Assembly: GCA_965243135.1 (NCBI GenBank)
Contig: OZ251539.1
Coordinates: forward strand, 2,208,001 to 2,272,000
Length of the DNA: 64,000 nucleotides
Reading direction: 5' to 3'
Source: Alphaproteobacteria bacterium
Lineage (GTDB): Bacteria > Pseudomonadota > Alphaproteobacteria > MPNO01 > UBA830
Shown: piece after piece, positions 55,152-64,000 of the stretch
How the letters are laid out: the number at the start of each line of letters is the position of its first letter
How positions within the stretch are numbered: position 1 is the stretch's first letter
Translations under genes and position numbers: made by a program
Notes under the pieces: generated by a model
Databases searched by the model: none
What the model was told of the DNA's origin: nothing
The model's input: only the letters and a program-made list of their open reading frames with translations

Positions 55152-56024
55152 CTATTCATTGAGGAGCCGCCTCCAGTCCCGGCGCAGGGGTTTCAGCCAG
55201 ATGTCCTTGACCGGGAGAGCGCGTTCTTTCCGGGTATCGAGCTTGCCGCGGCCCTGCGTTTTGCCGACCTTGGTCCAGTTGGCGGCCCGGTAGCAGGTTC
55301 CTTCGAAGCGCGTGCTCTCGCAGAAGGTCTCCATCAGGGCCGGGCGCAACGCGTAGCGGCCTTCCCAATCGTCGGGCAGGCGACATTCAACCATGGCAAG
55401 GATGCAGGACGCGAGGTTTTTGATCCGGACCCACGGCAAGATCAGGAACCTTGCATTGTTGACCACGAGAGGCAGGTTGCGGCGGCGGGTCTCGGGATCC
55501 CACCCGACAAGCTTGTCCCGCGGCGCGATCTTCCAGGCCGCGGCGCCGAAGCCGAGGACGGCGAGGGGTTCGCCTCCGGCGGCCCGAACGAAGTATCGCA
55601 TCTGCGCGCCGGGCAGCGTCGAATAGCCGAGATAGTGGTAGCGAGCGACGAACTCGTTCCAGAGGCGGCCTTCGCCCGCGTTCCGGACGGGCTCAACGGC
55701 GACGGGTTGGATATCGGCGAGACGCTCGGGGGTCGGGAACGGGGGCCTGTCGGTCGCGGGACCGGGCACGAGCGGACGGCGGACGACCGGCGCGCGCCTT
55801 GGCGGCGGCAAGACGATCACGCCGTCGCGATGCATGCGCAACATGGCGACGCGCGCGCTCATATCCTTTAGGCCGCCGTCGGGCTTGCGCCAGTCGAGGC
55901 GGCGGCAGACCTCCCGCGACAGCGCCCGGCGGTGGAGGCCGCCCCTCGCGATCAGGCCGCGGATCATGTCGACCTCGTCCTCGGAGAAGTCGCGCCCGCA
56001 GTAGCGGCGGGGGCTGCCGCTCAC
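55152..56024 (-). CDS. DUF4338 (DruA-like, Mom/GNAT-related) protein, 290 aa
   Basis: GTGA-coupled to tnpC; RYHYLGY...GAQMRY...FGAAAW...RD..VGW...VNNARFLILPWV...ETFCE...GTCYRAANW..VG.TQGRGK. Confidence 0.88.
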   Translation of the reverse strand: MSGSPRRYCGRDFSEDEVDMIRGLIARGGLHRRALSREVCRRLDWRKPDGGLKDMSARVAMLRMHRDGVIVLPPPRRAPVVRRPLVPGPATDRPPFPTPERLADIQPVAVEPVRNAGEGRLWNEFVARYHYLGYSTLPGAQMRYFVRAAGGEPLAVLGFGAAAWKIAPRDKLVGWDPETRRRNLPLVVNNARFLILPWVRIKNLASCILAMVECRLPDDWEGRYALRPALMETFCESTRFEGTCYRAANWTKVGKTQGRGKLDTRKERALPVKDIWLKPLRRDWRRLLNE

Positions 56025-57667
56025 GGTCCTTGGGGGAGAGCGGGACGCCAGGAGCGGAGACGCTCCTCGCCTGCGCCCCACGGCAGCCAGGCAGCAGGGC
56101 CTTCGGGCGGCGGACCGCGATGCCGGGCGCAGGCATCGAGATAACCGAGTAGCCAGCGGTACGGCGAGACGCCGGCCATCTCGAGCGTGCCGAAGATGGA
56201 ATAGAGCATGCCCGCCAACTGCGCTCCGTCCACGCTATGCGACCCGAACGAGAGCTTCCGGCCGATCGCGAGGCCGCGCAGGCCGCGTTCGGCGGGGTTG
56301 TTGTCCATGGGAACGTCTGCGTTGTCGACGAACACTGTCAGGCCGTCGCGGTGGCGTAGCAGGGAGTCCAGAGGGCCGCGTTGCGCCGCGCTCTCCGGAA
56401 GCGCGTCCCGTGCCTTTTTCGCCGCCGCGAAGAACGCTCCGGCGAATCTCGCGAGCCGCCGCTGGGCGGCGGCGTTGCCCGGACACGCCAGACGCCTGGC
56501 GTTGAGTCGGTACAATGCCGCAATGTGACGAAGCCATTTTTGGGCGAACTTCGCGAGGTTCGGGTAGCCGGTCTCAAGGTTGATGAAGTCCCGTCTGGCA
56601 TGGACCCAACAATATGAAAGGACGATGCACCCTTCCATGACGCGCGCCAGCTTCCGGTAGGCGGAGTAGCGGTCGCAGACCAGGTGAGCCGCCTGTTCGG
56701 GCGAGCCGAGCCCCCTGAACAGTTCAAGGGCGGCTTCCGCGCTGCGCGACGGCAGAATAACGATGCGAACCGCGTCCGCCGACCGGGCGATCCATGCCCA
56801 GGCGCGAGCGTTGCCGCCGTCTTCTTCGCCCAACTCCCGTATCCACCACCCTGTTTCGTCGCCGTGAACGACCGGCGCCTCCGACAGGCGCCGGGAGATC
56901 TCATCGTCGAGCGGCTCGAACAGTCGCAGGAATCCCCGCTGAGCGTCCGCCAACGTGCCGGGCGCAATGGCAAGCCCGTGCTGACCCAGCGCGCGGCAGA
57001 CCGAGCGCAACGGACGGTGCAGGCCGTACCTCTCCGCCAGGACGTACGCCCAGACGGAAACTCCGTACCGAGTGTTCGGAAACAGCCGCGCCGGAGCCGG
57101 GCCGACGGCCTCCTTTTCCGGTCGGCAGGTACAGGTCGGGCGCAGCCGCTTCCGTCGAATCCTCCGGACATAGGTGACGGTCCTGGTCTCGATGAGATCC
57201 GTGTCCTTCCAACCGTTCGAGACCCAGGCCTTGCCGCAGTCCGGACACGTGCGCTCGTCCGGAAGCGACTCCTCCTCGCGAACGGGCAGCTCGGGGTGCG
57301 GCGTGCGGCCGTGCGACGGCGTTCCCTGACTGCGCCCCCGGCGTCGACCGGTTGCCGTAGGCTGCCGCTCGCTGCGGCGCCCGAACAACTCCCGGGCAAA
57401 CCTGCGGCTGCGGGACTTCAGACTCTCGTTCTCTGCCGTCTCTCGGGGCGGCGCCTCGCGTCTCTTTTTCAGGATTCTAATCAGCGCCATCGCCCGGTGG
57501 AAAGCTCCCTGCCACCTCTCGGCGTCGCGGCGAAACTTCTCCGCTTTATCGAGTGCGCTTTCCAGCGCCTGGCAGAGAGCCGCATTCGCTCGGCATGCCG
57601 CAGCCAGAGCTTGGCCGTCGCCCGACAGCTCGGTCCCGGAAAGCGTGCGTGCAGATTCGACCGCCAT
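56021..57667 (-). CDS. tnpC: IS66 TnpC transposase, 548 aa
   Basis: LFGRRSER, CPDCG, HGDETGW, CDRYSAY, CWVHARRDF, DNNPAERGLR; no tnpA or tnpB. Confidence 0.9.
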   Translation of the reverse strand: MAVESARTLSGTELSGDGQALAAACRANAALCQALESALDKAEKFRRDAERWQGAFHRAMALIRILKKRREAPPRETAENESLKSRSRRFARELFGRRSERQPTATGRRRGRSQGTPSHGRTPHPELPVREEESLPDERTCPDCGKAWVSNGWKDTDLIETRTVTYVRRIRRKRLRPTCTCRPEKEAVGPAPARLFPNTRYGVSVWAYVLAERYGLHRPLRSVCRALGQHGLAIAPGTLADAQRGFLRLFEPLDDEISRRLSEAPVVHGDETGWWIRELGEEDGGNARAWAWIARSADAVRIVILPSRSAEAALELFRGLGSPEQAAHLVCDRYSAYRKLARVMEGCIVLSYCWVHARRDFINLETGYPNLAKFAQKWLRHIAALYRLNARRLACPGNAAAQRRLARFAGAFFAAAKKARDALPESAAQRGPLDSLLRHRDGLTVFVDNADVPMDNNPAERGLRGLAIGRKLSFGSHSVDGAQLAGMLYSIFGTLEMAGVSPYRWLLGYLDACARHRGPPPEGPAAWLPWGAGEERLRSWRPALPQGP

Positions 57668-58030
57668 GGCAGCCGTATACAAGAACAAAAGAAGAGTGTC
57701 CAGGCCTGGGCGATTCGCCTGGCTCGACAGCCCGCTTCGCAACCGAACGCTTACTCTCCGGGACTTCGCGAGAAACCTGTTGCCGGGTGCCAACCAGAGG
57801 GGCGGCGTAGGCCGCGGCAGTACCCGAAACGAACGCGCCCTCCCGGTCAAGGACGTCTGGTTGAAGCCCCTGCCTGGAGGCAGGCCTCAACGTCGCCACC
57901 CCACGACCGAACGCTTACCCGCTCGAAGGCAAATAGCCCCGAATCGCCTCGAAAAGTCTACGAAAAATTTTTTTCAGATCCCATATTTTTCAAGGATTTC
58001 GAGCCTTAGCGGAAATTGCTGATCCTGTGT

Positions 58031-59596
58031 CAGAAATTCCCGCTAACTTGTAGTGGTCGTGTCAAATGTAAAGGACTTTCTCGGCAGAAGGTGCGACCGC
58101 CAGGACAGACGTCTAACGTTCGGCTTAATGACCGAAGCTTTCGTTGGTTATGTTTCCCCCTGAAGAACCTGCTACACACTTCGAAAATTTATTATATCAA
58201 GAAGTATCGTAAGGTTCCAGAATCGGCTTCTTGTGTCCGAACGCTATCGCACGATAAAGCGTTTCCCAGCCTGGTAGTGAAAAGTTGAAGAACATAGCTC
58301 TCAACTTCTCCCACAAGTAGATGGAACGCTCGGCTTTCTTCTGTGCTCTTTGAAACAGATTACAACATCTCTGTTGAATCGATCAGGAAAGCCAGCATCT
58401 TAGCAAAGACATTCGACAAATGCTTGTAACCATGACCGAAGTTGTGTTCGAAGTTGTAACCTTGGTTCTTCAGGGTGTTGAAGGTCTCGTTCACGCCAGC
58501 GCGCACGTCCGGCGCGCATTATTTCCATCAGGTTGTGATCTCCTACTGGCAGGTCTGTAACCCAAGAGAAGCGTTGCTTTCTGCCGTCGGGATGCTTTTC
58601 CCAGTACAAAGTTGACTTCAAGGTCGAAATTCGCGTCATTGAGTGGTGCCTTGTTAAGATATTCGTGCATTACACCTTCTTCAAAATTCGGCACGTTTCA
58701 CAGATCGTAACCTGTTCACTAAACAAAAATTTATGGTCTCCCGGCTTGGCACCCAGTATGAAGCGAAGGTTCAACTCCTTGAGCTGATGCGGGCCGTTCG
58801 AGGCAAGCCCGTCCTCTACCACTATCAATTTCAAAAATGGATGCTCCCGCCGCACATCGCGCAACAGTCGTGTCGCCGCGTTGCGTTCGCAATCGTTTTT
58901 CTTCTTTCCGTCTTTCTTGGTGATCGGCTCCGGTGCAAGAGGGAAAACTTCCTTTTGGCGCACGAGAACTGCCCCCAGCATCTGGTGGTAGTATCGTTCC
59001 GTTCCTGTGGTGCTTTTCACAACAACTTTTACAGTGCACCTTGTGAGATGAAAAATATCCTGTTCCGTCAACGGATAAAAGATAATGTCCGCCTAGACAG
59101 GTGTAACCTTCCAGACCCTTTCCGCGCTGAAGCAATTGGAACATCTTCGTGAAAGCGGGACGTAGGGGGTCCACGTCGTCCAGACGCTCGCGCAACCTGG
59201 TGTCGGAAGGCGCTCTCTCTATCCCGTACAATGTCGCAAGATTATTGCGAACTGTTTCATCAGAACGTGCGTCGCGATCAAACTTCAAAAGAGCATCAAA
59301 CCAAATATCGCAATCCCCGACATCAGGCAAAGGGCGACGCCTCGACTCGCCGTTAGATCCTCAATGCCGTCAAAAATTTCCCGGAGCGCCTTCAGCAATC
59401 CCGGAGCGCTGAGCGTCTTGCGCATGCCTGGCATTCTGGCCATTTTGGTACGATCCCGCCTCGCCTTCGGAGCACTTTCCAGAGAAAAATTCTCCGCTCG
59501 AAGACAAATAGCCCCGAATAGCCTCGAAAAGTCTACGAAAAATTTTTTTCGGACCCCATATTTTCCAAGGGTTTCAAGCCTTAGCGGGAATTGCTG
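58031..59596 (-). mobile_element. ISNCY-type IS copy 3 (decayed transposase 58197-59443), tandem with copy 2
   Basis: Same TIRs; third ATCCTGTGT at 59597-59605. Confidence 0.9.
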
Positions 59597-61965
59597 ATCC
59601 TGTGTCTTCGTTCGTATGTATGCCTCTGATGCCATTGCTGGAATCCAGAGCCCATTTCAGCATGGGTTTTCCCACGTCGTCGATGCCCGCGAACATTGCT
59701 CTGGATTTGATGACCGGAATCATCCCCTTATCCAGCAGCCACGGCCGCTTTTCCGCTCCCTGCAGGACGCCGCCGCTCCAGTCGACCTCCGGCAGACCGG
59801 GTTCGTCCTCCGCCTGCCGCGCCGCGCCCGTCCGCGCCGGATCCACCGGCCGTTTCCCGCGGTCGATCGCTTGGAACACGTCCTCGGCCGTCCGCGCCCC
59901 GCGGCCGCGGAATGCCTCGCGGATCGTCTCAATCAGCCGTGCGATCCGTGCGAATAGCCATGAGGTCCGTTCTTCGGCATCGAGCCTGCTTTCGCTCCAC
60001 CGCCGCCAGGCTTCTGCCACCGCCTCCTCGATGACGATCTCTTCCGGCTCGCCTGCGTAGCGTTCGCGAATGCCGAAGGCGTCGATCCAGTCGTCCCGCG
60101 CCCGCGCCGCGAGGATCTCCCATTCATCCTCGCCGATCGCGCAGAGATTCCGCAGCGCGTGGACGATCTCGTGCCGCAGCACGCTCCGCATCGTGTTCGG
60201 CTCGGCCAGTGCGACCTCGATGACGCCGCGTGCGTAGCGGCCTTCGACGCCCTTTTCGAGATCCGCGGTCAGCCGCAGGCCGACCGCCCCGGCGCCGATC
60301 GCGTCGAGTTCCGCCCGCAACTCCGCGAACGCCGCTTGCCGCTCCGCTTCCGGGAACGTCCGCCGCGGTCCGTCCATTTCCGCGCGCCGCGCCTCGCGCG
60401 GTCCGCCGGACGCGCCCGTCAACGGGCCGAGCGCCGCCCGCAGCGCGTCCGGTCCCGAATCGAGCAGGTCGTCGTTCGCGTCCTTGCCCTGCGGCAGCGC
60501 CCGCGAAACCCGGACCTCCGAGTCGGCGAACCGCGCCTGCAGCGCTTCCCACGCCCGTTCGCCCGCCGCGTCGCGGTCCTGAACCAGAACCGCCTCGCGG
60601 ACCTGCGCCGGAATTTCGACGCCGGCGATCCTTCCGGCCGACAGGGTCGCCGCCACCGCCAGCCCCCGGCGCTCGCCCGGGGTCAGCACCCGCAGGACGG
60701 CCATGGCGTCCTCGATCCCCTCGCACAGCGCGACCCGTTTCGCCGTCCGCGGATCGCCGAACCAGACCGCGCCGCGACCGGGCATGCCCATGTTGCGCTT
60801 GCGGCCCTCGATTTCGGCCGGGCGGCCGTCCGGCGCGAGGAAGATGCGGTGAACCGCTTCCAGGGTTCCGTCGGGCGTCCGCACCGGCGCCAGCAGCGCC
60901 GGCAGCGCCCTGGTTTCGCCGTCCGCGCATGGCCGCTCGCCGCGCGGATCAGGTCGAGCAGGTCGCCTTTCTCGCCGGTCGCGGCGTCGGTCCACTTGCC
61001 CCGGCGGCCGCCCGCCAGGTGGACGTAGAGCGACTGGCCGCGCTCTCCCGCCACCGACCCCGCCTGCCAGTAGTTGCCGGCGCGCCGGCCGTTCGGCAGC
61101 CAGGTCCGGCAGACTTCCTCCGCCCGCGCCGCCAGCGCCGCGGACAGGTCCGCCGCCGAGGGCCGCGTCGCGCTGCGCTCGGGCGCCGGCGCCATCTCCT
61201 CCTCCGCGTTCCGGAACGTGGATCCGCCGTTCCGTTCATGCCCGGGCGCGGCGGCCTTCCGATAGCCGTCCGCGCGAAGGTACTGCGTCTCGAATTCGTC
61301 CAGGTCATCCTTGTCGATCCCGGCGACGCGGTCCAGCACCGGCGCGTAGCGGCGGGGCTTCGCCCGCCAGCGCGCCGCCGTCTCCAGCGCCGCCGCGCGC
61401 CGCGCCAGCGTCGCGGCGAAGGCCGGCTCGGCCGCCACCGCCGGGCCTTCCCGGCGCGCCCGCTCGCGCAGGTATCCCCAAGCTTCCATGATCTCGCCGC
61501 GTTCGCGCGCGAAAGCGCGCATCTCCTCTCCGTAGCGCAGGTCGAGGGCGGCGTTGCGGACGGCGCGCGCCATCCGCGCGCTCCAGTTGTCGTTCGCCCC
61601 GCGCGCCTCCGCCGTCCGCCCGGCGTCGTTGGCCGGCTCCGCGTCTTCGCCGCCGGCCGCCTCGCGCCGTTCCGGACCCGCGGCCCGTTCGGCGTCCGCT
61701 TCGACGCCGCGTGGTGAGCGATGACCGGAACGCACGCCGCGAACGAAAACCAGGCATTGGAGGTCATTGCGGCCTGACCGCAGAAATCCTTTTCCGGAAC
61801 GAAACAGGATTTTACAAAAATAGGTCTGCACCCCGCCTCGCCCACCAGACATGAAGGCGATTCGGTGCAGGAAACGGCGTCATCGGAGTTCGCTCACGGG
61901 TGCTCTCGATACCAAGCGCCGCTATCGGCAACCAGCGTTCGATTAACCGAACATCGGACATTTTG

Positions 61966-62706
61966 TTAAACCCACTCCTCAGCATGTTCCATCAAAATCT
62001 CTTCACTCATCGGGAAAAAAGATCTGTTTGTCGAGAAAAACCTCGTTAACTTATTGTTTAGTGGACGCAAAATGACTCCTGCGCGATCATGTATTTCCTC
62101 ATATGTTTGACATTTTTCCAGACCATCGTTGAGTGCATTCCAATGCCTTTGTCTAGCCGTTCGCAAACGTTCGACGTTCAAACCAAGTATTTTAATTGTC
62201 TTGCACGTCTTCTCGAAAGAAAATCCAGTTTTAGCGCAAGCCGCCTCGTCTGCCACGATTTTACCGTCGCGCCGAACCCTTACCACGGACGGAAACGCAG
62301 GCAACGCTCTGGGATCGATAAAGTCCGGATCCATGGTGTCGCCTTTCGCTTCGCCGCAGCTACGATTCTGCCTGATTGGATCAAGCTTCCGCTCATTGTC
62401 AACTTCGTGCTTCCGCGTTCCGCCCTTGCAACAAGCGATCAAATTAGCTGCGTCAAGCTCCCGCTTTCCCCCTTCTAGACTGTTCCGTGGAACTACATGT
62501 TCGACTTGGCGATCAAGTTCGGCAAGATCAATCTCGCAATATCCGCAGAGTCCATGTTGAACGCCCAAAAGTGCTTCGATCAGCTCTCGATATGCCGCCC
62601 CGGAATCGTGATTTCGAAATCCCGTCCAATCTGCACCGCGCCCCTCAAGTTCAAGGTAAGCGACGAGACCAGGCGTGGGATAGATTAAATCCCGGATTCG
62701 TTTCAC
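61966..62706 (-). CDS. ptuB: HNH endonuclease, PtuB/TIGR02646-like
   Basis: QHGLCGYCE...VEHVVPR...NLIACC...SCGEAKG; GTGA overlap with the ATPase. Confidence 0.8.
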   Translation of the reverse strand: MKRIRDLIYPTPGLVAYLELEGRGADWTGFRNHDSGAAYRELIEALLGVQHGLCGYCEIDLAELDRQVEHVVPRNSLEGGKRELDAANLIACCKGGTRKHEVDNERKLDPIRQNRSCGEAKGDTMDPDFIDPRALPAFPSVVRVRRDGKIVADEAACAKTGFSFEKTCKTIKILGLNVERLRTARQRHWNALNDGLEKCQTYEEIHDRAGVILRPLNNKLTRFFSTNRSFFPMSEEILMEHAEEWV

Positions 62707-63965
62707 CGGGGTTTTTCCGCAGTTATCTTGCGCCACCTGATTTCGATATCGGCTGTGTCGAGATCATAGTCATCCGGCGAGAGTTTTTCGAGTTTGCGCC
62801 TCAATTTCAGCGCTTCCTTGGTTTCGCCATAACCATCGCCGACAAGGTTCATGTATTCGTGCAGCGCAGAAGTAAACTCGTTATCGGGAGGCCGTTCAGC
62901 GACGCCCATGACTGCGGAAAGTACGCCGCCAGCCGTAGCGCCGTAAGTCGGCGCCGCTGTTCCTCCGGCAACGATCTTGTCGCCCTCGCGAGCTAATTCG
63001 ATAATATGATGAGGTTTAATGGTCGTCAGCACCTGCGGACTATGCGTGGATACGATGAACTGCGTGTTGGGAAACGTATCCGACAGATCGCTCAGAATGC
63101 GCTGCTGCCAAGCAGGATGCAGATGCAGGTCAATCTCGTCTATCAGGACGATCGCCTCTGATTTAAGCGGATCTTCGAGGTGTGGATTTCCCTGCGCCAT
63201 TCGCCTCGATAAATCGGCCGCAAGCGCCATTGCCATGCGGTAGCCGCCACTAAGTTGGTTGGTCTCCAATTCTTGCTTCTTGCCCTTTTCGGATCTTACG
63301 GATATGAAAAAACGAAGCGGACGCTGCTTGACGCGAGGTTCCGACAATCCCGTCATGGATGCGATTGCCGTGCGCACCGCTTTCAATTCTTTCAGTTGAT
63401 AACCAAAGTCTTTTTGCTCCTTCTGCTCTCTTAGCTCCTCATTCTCCATGGCGTAAAACCACCGGAAAAACTCTCTGAAGTTGGGTCGCGCGGACAGTGC
63501 GCCTTCCAGGGCCGCGTATCGCGGAAACTCGGTCTTGGGCTGACTACGGGATAGCGGCGCCTCGAACATCGCGCGGTCCGTGTCGTAGTAAGCGACGATG
63601 GGAAGATCCAACGGCGCGGCCTCTTCCCGATCTGCGTCGACGATACTGTCAATGGCATTTCTAAGTTCTCGTCGAGAGGTCTTCCGCCTCTGTCCGCTTA
63701 TCCCGCGATCCCATTTTATGCCATCGCATGTCGTCAAAGTGACGCGCAAAGGATTTAGTCCGCGCCGGTCGGATTTGCGAAAACTTATGCTCGAAACGTC
63801 GGGCAACAACCTCAAGATTGCGCCGAAACCAACAGCGATCGCGCTCAGAACGCTGGTCTTGCCGTGAGCGTTCGCGCCGTGAAACACCGTCAATTGCGGA
63901 TCCAGCGGCAGGTCGAGTCGCTCGATGGCCCTGTAATTTTCGATTTCCACGCGGTCCAGCTTCAT
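62703..63965 (-). CDS. ptuA: ABC/AAA_21 ATPase, PtuA-like
   Basis: HGANAHGKTS, QLSGGY, LIDEIDLHLHPAWQ, QFIVSTHSPQV. Confidence 0.82.
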   Translation of the reverse strand: MKLDRVEIENYRAIERLDLPLDPQLTVFHGANAHGKTSVLSAIAVGFGAILRLLPDVSSISFRKSDRRGLNPLRVTLTTCDGIKWDRGISGQRRKTSRRELRNAIDSIVDADREEAAPLDLPIVAYYDTDRAMFEAPLSRSQPKTEFPRYAALEGALSARPNFREFFRWFYAMENEELREQKEQKDFGYQLKELKAVRTAIASMTGLSEPRVKQRPLRFFISVRSEKGKKQELETNQLSGGYRMAMALAADLSRRMAQGNPHLEDPLKSEAIVLIDEIDLHLHPAWQQRILSDLSDTFPNTQFIVSTHSPQVLTTIKPHHIIELAREGDKIVAGGTAAPTYGATAGGVLSAVMGVAERPPDNEFTSALHEYMNLVGDGYGETKEALKLRRKLEKLSPDDYDLDTADIEIRWRKITAEKPR

Positions 63966-64000
63966 GTTCGACGCTTCCGCGGTTCCGTCAGCAGGCACCG

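Larger units (their letters stand above)
55125..57918 (-). mobile_element. IS66-family element with a DUF4338 passenger, apparently intact
   Basis: TIR GTAAGCGTTCGGTCGTGGGGTG; 8-bp TSD CCGCTCGA (55117-55124 / 57919-57926). Confidence 0.93.
53634..58021 (-). mobile_element. ISNCY-type IS copy 2 (decayed transposase 53799-55073) with a nested IS66
   Basis: Same TIRs as 10485-12133; flanked by ATCCTGTGT (53625-53633 / 58022-58030). Confidence 0.9.
49385..61852 (-). pseudogene. Large polyvalent protein (primase/Toprim - metallopeptidase - LPD3-like - metallopeptidase - helical), split by four IS insertions
   Basis: GKWTDAATGEKGDLLDLI, CEGIED, DRDAAG, KDANDDL; HEIVH twice; TNEDTG|WEV...ALPDLL...VRLTVRE...RFYDH; pieces rejoin across TSDs; start uncertain, extra frameshifts present. 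Confidence 0.7.

Noticed and set aside
30469-56024. DUF4338 genes as a Druantia defence system
   Set aside because: Each lies inside IS ends and TSDs, with no druB-D operon; the DUF1998 helicase belongs to a separate operon.
62703-64000. Retron
   Set aside because: No reverse transcriptase or msr-msd within the window.

Overview
GC-rich bacterial accessory region that looks like a decaying integrative/conjugative element fused with a defence island; no tRNA, rRNA or housekeeping genes were seen. (i) 0.8-2.0 kb: three tandem NHLP-leader (nitrile-hydratase-like) RiPP precursor genes, all with 38-aa Ser/Thr/Gly/Ala-rich cores. No maturation enzymes lie in the window; the genes follow a putative promoter with a C14 tract in its spacer and a 61-bp-period triple repeat. 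(ii) Tandemly duplicated coupling-protein-tail repeats and two HEPN/MNT-like pairs. (iii) Defence genes: an Mrr-like nuclease; a DISARM-related trio (SNF2 DrmD-like helicase, large adenine MTase, ~1800-aa helicase-DUF1998-nuclease) inactivated by an IS, a MITE and an out-of-frame G16 tract; a DrmB relic; a PLD-EVE-like nuclease; a 1457-aa STAND NTPase with a C-terminal nuclease; an N6-MTase plus nuclease pair; and PtuA/PtuB (Septu-like). (iv) A TPR repeat protein and a fragmented Toprim-metallopeptidase-LPD3 polyvalent protein. (v) Eight IS elements and three MITEs, most with readable TIRs and target duplications, several nested. The most striking feature is that three unrelated IS families (IS66 x2, IS4/IS50-like, ISAs1) each carry or are fused to a DUF4338 (DruA/Mom-like) domain. 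All calls come from reading motifs by eye; no database searches were run.
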